Part shown: piece by piece, positions 11,941 to 21,352 of the stretch
Numbering within the stretch: the first letter of the stretch is position 1
How the letters are laid out: every line of letters begins with the position of its first letter
NCBI GenBank assembly: GCA_030141605.1
Contig: JAQGDQ010001911.1
Location: 1 to 21,352 of the forward strand
DNA: 21,352 bases
Origin: Tubiluchus corallicola
Lineage: Eukaryota; Animalia; Priapulida
Direction: 5' to 3'
Position numbers and translations under genes: made by a program
Notes under the pieces: model-generated
What the model saw: the letters and a program-made list of their open reading frames with translations, nothing else
The model's database searches: none
Told to the model about the DNA's origin: nothing

Positions 11941-12538
11941 CCACAAGCCTAGCCAACCACGGTCCATAAAGTGCCTAGCCTACATTACTACCTTGTAACG
12001 TGTACGCCGGTTTATAGCTTCAGATGCAGTTACGTAATAATTATCTGAAAACAACTTGGCTTGCATTGTATGCGCCGGCTGCACGCTGCACTGCACTCCA
12101 CGCTAAATTTACGCCGCGCACGAAACGGTGCGCATCTTTGTAATTCGCTAAAATGCCAAAATGCGTCCTAATATGGTGCGAGGATTCGCCCGGTTGACTT
12201 CACAGTTATGGTCGCTAATCGAGGATACGTACAAATATGGAGAACGCTTGTCTCTTGCCTGTTATAGACACGACAAGCACACTAATGGCTCTATATCCTC
12301 ATTACTCAGCAGGTTAAATTGAACCCGTGTTTTCATGGCAGCGCGCTCTATGAAGCAATGGATACAACGCTGTTTGATTAGTATCCCATAATGCTGTGTA
12401 AATACGGGCATTATTGCTGAGAGAGAAAATGTCAACAGTCAAAATTGACTTTTGAATACACGCGCTAGTGTTGATAATGAAGTGACAAAATATTATTGAT
12501 TTTTCCTTTAACTTTTCATCTTCTGGTTCAGTATTTAA

Positions 12539-12912
12539 AGTAAAAGAAAACCTTCCAATTGCATAAAGCGGAAAAATTCGTCTTGAAATTTTATATCACT
12601 TACGTACTGCCTTTTTGCATGCAGGACTTCAATCGGCAGTCACGCTGTATAAAACATGTAAATTTAAACTCCTGCGATGACCATTAGACGCAGCCATTTT
12701 GACGACAGGCCTTTGAAACAAGTTTAGATAACATTTTGTAAAGTTTGAAAAAATAATCAGAGCATTCCCACCACACATGTTACTAACTAAGTAAAATTTT
12801 AAATGACTGTATCTTTCAACAAGATCAAAAATACGTTTTTGGTTAGTGAGTGGTGCACCCTGGAGGGTGAGTCAGCGACATTTTATCAACTGGTGAAAAC
12901 ATTTTAAATAAT
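12539..12912 (+). mobile_element. Kolobok-like MITE copy 2 (family A), 3'-truncated
   Basis: TTAA (12535-12538) followed by the decayed TIR agtaaaagaaaac. It aligns to 18735-19110 and lacks the last ~80 bp. Confidence 0.8.
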
Positions 12913-12927
12913 TAAAAACTTTCTTTT

Positions 12928-12963
12928 CATCATCTCATCATCATCATCACCATCATCTTCGTT

Positions 12964-13042
<79 letters not shown>

Positions 13043-13085
13043 CCACCGACATCATCTTCGTCGTCGTCGTCGTCGTCATCACCAT
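12928..13085. repeat. (CAT/CGT)n microsatellite
   Basis: Seen directly. It explains the poly-D ORF. Confidence 0.95.
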
Positions 13086-13336
13086 AAACTATATAAACTT
13101 TTTTTATTTTAAGTAGATTAACATACAGTAATATTACTAATCGGAGTTTTTTCACTGTGCAACAAATACGTTTTAGCTGAGGACAGACATGTACAACTGG
13201 TTACCAAGTTACATAGATGGTTGGTTCAAAAACACATGTAATCTATTAGTTAACACTTCAAATTCAACAGTAAAAAGCTCACAGAGTACAGCAGCGATAT
13301 CAGAAACAATTATCAATGTACATCATTCTAATTGTT

Positions 13337-13841
13337 ATATATATATATATTAATTCTTTATTTGTCATAAAAACGGTTCACTCATTATAATAAAATTGAG
13401 TAAGCCTCAGCGTAATGTTAAAATAACAACACTGTTCAAGACAAATGCGTCCAGTGCAGACTAAAAAAAACTAAAGTGCAAACTATATACAATATAATGA
13501 ACATATTTACAAATACCATATTCAAATATTTTCACAAACAATTATAGGAAAGTACATTAAATTTTACATTACATAGTGCACACTATTTATACATTTAACA
13601 TTACGAAACACGAAACTAACATAACACGTATTACATTACATAATTTTTTTTAAAAAATTTCATTTTTAATCATTATATGTAGTCAGGGGCGGGGGTAGAT
13701 GAAAGTTGAGTCTGTGTAATTAGTATCAGATGCACAATGTGGAAGTTGAAACCTGTTATATTGATATTCTTTTAATTCCTTTTTAAAGTGGTGGAGAGAT
13801 TCTATTTGTTTTATTTCACTGGGTAGTAAGTTCCATTGAAA
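13337..13841 (-). mobile_element. 5'-truncated LINE (CR1/L2/Jockey-type) 3' end with 3' UTR, AATAAA and (TA)n tail
   Basis: Minus strand 13838-13683 translates QWNLLPSEIKQIESLHHFKKELKEY...*, the WN-x-LP...IK...SL..FK..LK motif of these ORF2 C-termini. AATAAA lies at 13362-13357, followed by (TA)n. Confidence 0.8.
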
Positions 13842-13888
13842 TAAAACAAATAGAATCTCTCCACCACTTTAAAAAGAAATTAAAAGAA
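13767..13888. repeat. Near-perfect hairpin: 52-bp arms, 18-nt loop
   Basis: 13767-13818 is the reverse complement of 13837-13888 with one mismatch. Confidence 0.95.
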
Positions 13889-14359
13889 ATGAACATATAC
13901 ATGTTTGTTATGCAAAATAACTGATGCTTCAATAACCACCATAAACTAATGAGTACAACTCAAAGTAGAAGAGTAGTTTTTGGAGTTTTCGTATACAAGC
14001 CACGTGACCTTGCAAGTTTCAACAATTTCCAACAAATTTCACCCACGAGCAGAATTCTTTACCTTGCGACTTTGGCTTCTAGTCCTGACTTGTTATTAAT
14101 ATCAAATCACTGTAACGTATCGGTCAAATCAAATATTGATCAGAGGGCAATTTCTGAGTAGTACGGCAACGATATTGAAAACTGGCGATATTTTTCATTG
14201 TGTTTATCTTCATCAAGTTGTGCACACAGAAGATGTCCTCTTGAGACACAGGTAGATTGTGACATTCTTACCCATTTATGAACCAAAATGAAACCGCAGA
14301 ACATGTCAACAGTGTGCAGTGAAAATGTGTGACAACATAGGAATGAGGTAAAAGTTGCC

Positions 14360-14397
<38 letters not shown>

Positions 14398-14506
14398 GCT
14401 GTTGTTGTTGCTGCTTCTGTTTTCGCTGTTGCTGTTGTTGTTCTTGTTGTTGTTGCTGTTGTTGTTGTTGTTGTTGCTGCTGCTGCTGTTTTGTATTGTT
14501 GTCGTC

Positions 14507-14537
<31 letters not shown>

Positions 14538-14593
14538 TTGCTGCTGCTGCTGTTGTTGTTGTTGTTGCTGCTCCTGCTACTGCAGCTGTTTTG

Positions 14594-14657
<64 letters not shown>

Positions 14658-14842
14658 ATTGCTGCTGCTGCTGCTGTTTTGTGTTGTTGTTGTTGTTGTC
14701 GCCGTCGTCGTTGTTGTTATTGTTGTTGTTGTTGTTGCTGCTGCTCTGTTGTTGTTGCTGCTGCTGCAGCTGTTGTTGTTGTTGTTGTTGCTGCTGCTAC
14801 AGCTGTTGTTGTGCTGCTGCTGTTGCTGTTGTTGTCGTCGTC
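14360..14842. repeat. Compound (GTT/GCT/GTC)n microsatellite with recurring gctgttttgt interruptions
   Basis: Seen directly. Confidence 0.96.
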
Positions 14843-15387
14843 AAGTAAAGTCAATGTAGAACACAGAAGCAGACACACTATCAGTAATATCACACGTAGT
14901 ATTAATAGTAATTATTGTAATTGTAACATGTTGTAACGACAATGCTAGTTTACCTCATCGAATACACAAAGAAAAATGCATCTTAACCCATCCCCTGACA
15001 TGCCTGCTCACGCTTCGACATTTTTACATTTTATTTAATTAAGAGTTAAGCTGTCACTCGTAGACATGACCATCTTTAATAATCAAACATAATGCTTCTG
15101 ATTATTAAGCTCTTCTGAATGAACGAATCCAGTTTAGCTGTGGATTAGTAGAATTTAATATCGAATCCAATAAAGCAGCTACCTGTTGGTAAAGAGACTG
15201 AAGCTTTCATGTTCTGCTGTCGTTAACCCTTGAAGGATCGTAAAATCTTCTTATAGGATATGGAGACAAGACGGGAAACCTTTGTTGTTTGTAATGATTG
15301 CATCCAAATATACAGGGTGTCCTCAAAGTCCGTATATCTTTTGCTTCTCAATGTTCAATATATTTTTTTGTTTTTCTTGCTAATGAA

Positions 15388-15685
15388 TTTATTCAATTCA
15401 ATTCTAATTTTTATTTCGCTAACCAAGACCATATAAAATACAAATACAGTACAAATACACATACATAAAATATATATATATACAGGGTTAGTAAATTAAA
15501 AACTAAATCAATTTTAGATGCTAATTATGTAATAATTCGTTTCATTTCACAAAAAAGCAAGATTTGACAAGTCTATGTGAGTTAATAACAGCAATTATAA
15601 TACTATTGCCAGTGTTCAGTAGTAACGTGCTTCGAACGATATAACATGATCTTCTGCGAATATGACTAAATGTGGAATGTGGCAG
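15388..15685 (-). mobile_element. Possible decayed LINE 3' end
   Basis: The minus strand ends in aataaa followed by a short (ttgaa)n-like tail. The upstream peptide LSLPH...RRRS..VRS..LLN only weakly resembles ORF2 C-termini. Confidence 0.3.
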
Positions 15686-16911
15686 AGATAGGTTCACACA
15701 CATGCCAGGAGCACTGTAATCGTAGATAGGTTTACATGTCAGAAGCACTGCAATCGTAGATAGGTTTACACACGTGCCAGAAGTACTGTAATCGTAGATA
15801 GGTTTACACACATGCCAGAAGTACTGTAATCGTAGCTAGGTTTACACACATGTCAGAAGTACTGTAATCGTAGATAGGTTTACACACATGCCAGAAGTAC
15901 TGTAATCGTAGCTAGGTTTACACACATGTCAGAAGTACTGTAATCGTAGCTAGGTTTACACACATGTCAGAAGCACTGTAATCGTAGATAGATTTACACA
16001 CATGTCAGAAGCACTGCAATCGTAGATAGGTTTACACACATGCCAGAAGTACTGTAATCGTAGATAGGTTTACACACATGCCAGAAGTACTGTAATCGTA
16101 GATAGGTTTACACACATGCCAGAAGCACTGCAATCGTAGATAGGTTTACACACATGCCAGAAGCACTGCAATCGTAGATAGGTTTACACACATGCCAGAA
16201 GCACTGCAATCGTAGATAGGTTTACACACATGCCAGAAGCACTGCAATCGTAGATAGGTTTACACACATGCCAGAAGCACTGCAATCGTAGATAGGTTTA
16301 CACACATGCCAGAAGCACTGCAATCGTAGATAGGTTTACACACATGCCAGAAGCACTGCAATCGTAGATAGGTTTACACACATGCCAGAAGCACTGCAAT
16401 CGTAGATAGGTTTACACACATGCCAGAAGTACTGCAATCGTAGATAGGTTTACACACATGCCAGAAGTACTGTAATCGTAGATAGGTTTACACACATGCC
16501 AGAAGTACTGCAATCGTAGATAGGTTTACACACATGCCAGAAGCACTGTAATCGTAGATAGGTTTACACACATGCCAGAAGCACTGTAATCGTAGATAGG
16601 TTTACACACATGCCAGAAGTACTGTAATCGTAGATAGGTTTACACACATGCCAGAAGCACTGTAATCGTAGAAAGGTTTACACACATGCCAGAAGCACTG
16701 TAATCGTAGATAGGTTTACACACATGCCAGAAGTACTGCAATCGTAGATAGGTTTACACACATGTCAGAAGTACTGTAATCGTAGAAAGGTTTACACACA
16801 TGTCAGAAGCACTGTAATCGTAGATAGGTTTACACACATGCCAGAAGTACTGTAATCGTAGATAGGTTTACACACATGCCAGAAGTACTGTAATCGTAGA
16901 TAGGTTTACAC
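15686..16911. repeat. 38-bp minisatellite, about 32 copies
   Basis: Unit agataggtttacacacatg(c/t)cagaag(c/t)actg(c/t)aatcgt. One unit near 15725 has a 4-bp deletion. Confidence 0.98.
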
Positions 16912-16980
16912 GCACACAAGAAAGACTAATCTGGTTTGACCAACATATTTCTTCTGGTACTACCACACAAACGGATAAAG

Positions 16981-17190
16981 AACTGACTAACACATAAACG
17001 GACAAATACATGGACAAGCAAGCAAACAAGCAAAAGACTAACCAAGCAACCAACCAACCAACCAAACAAACAAACAAACAAACAAACAAGCCATGAGATA
17101 AACAAACAAATAATGAGCATCACACTGACTAACCACACTGATCATCCAGACGACTGACTGACCGTGCTACTCACTGACCAACTGGCCAAC
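16981..17190. repeat. Degenerate tetranucleotide tract (CAAA/CAAC/CAAG/CTGA)n
   Basis: Seen directly. Confidence 0.85.
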
Positions 17191-17449
17191 TAGCAAGTTC
17201 TTACGCTAACCCTAGCTCAGCTTGAGCCTGAACACGTTGCAAGTTTGGTGACACGGTAATAAATTAAGTACCTAAAACTTCTGCACTTTACTCCTCTTTC
17301 AACGAAAAAATATCACTTATGATTTTCAAGAATTCTTTTCCTTTAATATCTAAAAACTAGCGATAGGTGCTCTGAGACAGTGACAGCTAATAATCATTAG
17401 ATTCTCAGTTCCGGTGAGTCTTCCTGTCTTGTCACTATTTCACAAACCG

Positions 17450-17520
17450 TCTTACCTGAATCATTATCAGCCTCCTACCAGCTACAAGGCCAACAAGACC
17501 TGTCCAGGAAGCCTTTTATA
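17450..17520 (-). promoter_or_regulatory. Candidate TATA box with a short first exon ending at a strong splice donor
   Basis: Minus strand TATAAAAG at 17520-17513, then CAG|GTAAGA with the exon ending at 17456. Motif evidence only. Confidence 0.3.
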
Positions 17521-17639
17521 ACGACGTTAAATTAGGTTTATTCTCCAGAAATCTTCAAAGACGGATCAATTACAAATTTGCTGGATTTAAGATGAGAATC
17601 GATGCAGCGGCGAGCGTATTGAAAAATCGTGCGCGCGTG

Positions 17640-17702
17640 TGTCAGAGAGAATCCTGGACAAAAACATGTTCATTTTATTCATTTATATATTTAAAACGTA
17701 AT
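17640..17702 (-). repeat. Right imperfect inverted repeat bounding the ~8.1 kb block
   Basis: Reverse complement of 9579-9642 (about 83% identity by manual count). Confidence 0.85.
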
Positions 17703-17721
17703 CTTTATTAAAAAACAAATT

Positions 17722-17843
17722 ACAACAACAACAACAACAACAACAACAACAGCAGCAGCAGCAACTACAACAACAACAACAACAACAACAATAACAACAA
17801 CAGCTGCAGCAACAACAACAACAACAACAACAACAACAGCTGC

Positions 17844-17925
<82 letters not shown>

Positions 17926-17983
17926 GCAGCAGCAGCAGCAGCAACTACAACAACAACAACAACAACAACAGCAGTAGCAGCAC

Positions 17984-18062
<79 letters not shown>

Positions 18063-18073
18063 AATAATAATAA
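17722..18073. repeat. Compound (CAA/CAG/TAA)n microsatellite
   Basis: Seen directly. Its interruption pattern (cagcaccagcag, gcaactacaa) is mirrored in 19861-20283. Confidence 0.97.
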
Positions 18074-18734
18074 TTACAAGAAAGTATAAAACACAAAATT
18101 ATGATAAGATATATAAATACAGAACAGGATAAAGTTTTACAGAAACAAGAGGCTAGTCTCTTGGATCAAAGCACTAAGAGTGCTTTAATAACATGAGATT
18201 TAGCGATTAGCAAATGATAAAAGTTTACTTATGTCTAAATCATCAGAAAGATCATTACAAATTACATCATCAAGATACGTGTGGTTATTTTTATTGTTTT
18301 CCTAATTATAGATACATTATAGATAGATACATTATAGATAGAGATAAATTATAGATACATGAGATATAGACTGCCTCATAGACTCCTAATGCCGAAGTAA
18401 AAATTTGAAAATCTTAATACAATAACAAGAATAACAATTTTCAGCTCAATGGTAACGTCGCTTTCGACGATTCAAAATTAATTTCATCGAATGCTCGTCA
18501 CATCTGTTGCAGACATTGGCCAGGCAGAATTTTAATACGCCATTAAAAAGAACTATGCCCTCAAGACTAGTAAACACGGTATGTAATCTACAACGCACTG
18601 CACGTTGCTATGTCAGTGGTTTGTCGATTCGAAATTCAACGTTGACTTACAATACGGGAAATCATTTTTACTTTCTTTCTTATTTTCCCATGCAGCATCA
18701 ACAATAGTCAGACACCGCGCCCGGTGATACTTAA
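17845..18734 (+). repeat. Proximal left arm (Y) of the large inverted duplication
   Basis: Reverse complement of 19192-~20283. The unique part 18074-18734 is nearly identical, with a few substitutions and small indels. The outer boundary lies inside the microsatellite and is approximate. Confidence 0.96.
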
Positions 18735-19191
18735 AGCACAAGAAAACTCTCCACTTACATAAAACTTAAAAATCGTCATGAAATTTTATACCACTTATGT
18801 ACTGCCTTTTTGCATGCAGTGCTTGCGTCGGCAGTAACGCTGTATAGAACTTGTAAATTTAAACATCCGCGATGACCATTAGGTGCAGCCATTTTAATGG
18901 TAGGTCGTTTGAAACAAGTTTAGATAACATTACGTGAAGTTGCAAAAAAATAATCAGAACATTCGTAGTGCACATGTTACTAACTAAGTAAAATTTTAAA
19001 TTACTGCATCTTGTCAATAAGATAAAAAATAAGTTTTTGGTTAGTGAGTGGCGCACCCTGGAGGGCGAGTCAGCGACATTTTACCAATTGGCACGAACAT
19101 TTTAAATTATTATTTCTAGTTACATAAGTCTTTCCAGCAAGTAAATGAAATGTTAAGTAATGTAGATTTGCACGGAAAGTTTTCTTGAGCT
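18735..19191 (+). mobile_element. Full-length Kolobok-like MITE copy 3 (family A, 457 bp)
   Basis: TTAA on both sides (18731-18734, 19192-19195). 18-bp TIRs agcacaagaaaactctcc / rc agctcaagaaaactttcc (16/18 match). TTAA TSD with 5'-RR termini fits Kolobok rather than piggyBac, whose termini are pyrimidine-rich (CC-type). No coding capacity. Confidence 0.85.

Positions 19192-21352
<2,161 letters not shown>

Noticed and set aside
11052-11969. Repeat proteins of 198, 126 and 65 aa
   Set aside because: The 40-bp unit is not a multiple of 3, so the peptide just cycles through frames. The starts are non-ATG.
15311-15335. TA+CAGGGTGTCC Tc1/mariner-like terminus
   Set aside because: It is an isolated short motif with no partner TIR and no recognisable internal sequence.
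18735-19191. piggyBac classification of family A
   Set aside because: The TTAA TSD fits, but the termini begin AG rather than the CC-type ends of piggyBac.

Overview
AT-rich, repeat-saturated eukaryotic genomic DNA, most likely from an invertebrate animal (inference). It contains no prokaryotic genes, RNA genes or CRISPR array, and almost every long ORF in the track is a translated microsatellite or minisatellite. The window holds large di-, tri-, tetra- and pentanucleotide tracts and three minisatellites (56, 40 and 38 bp units). Mobile elements include three copies of a TTAA-flanked Kolobok-like MITE, a hAT-like MITE, four copies of a second unclassified dispersed repeat and 5'-truncated CR1/L2-type LINE ends. 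There are also probable minus-strand exons of a secreted protein. The main structure is a large, young inverted duplication centred exactly on the Kolobok-like MITE at 18735-19191. Its right arm first mirrors about 17.8-18.73 kb, then jumps inside trinucleotide repeats to mirror about 9.4-8.53 kb and runs off the window edge. The skipped ~8.1 kb block is itself bounded by ~64 bp imperfect inverted repeats. A separate 52-bp snap-back hairpin sits at the 5' end of a truncated LINE. All alignments were done by eye.
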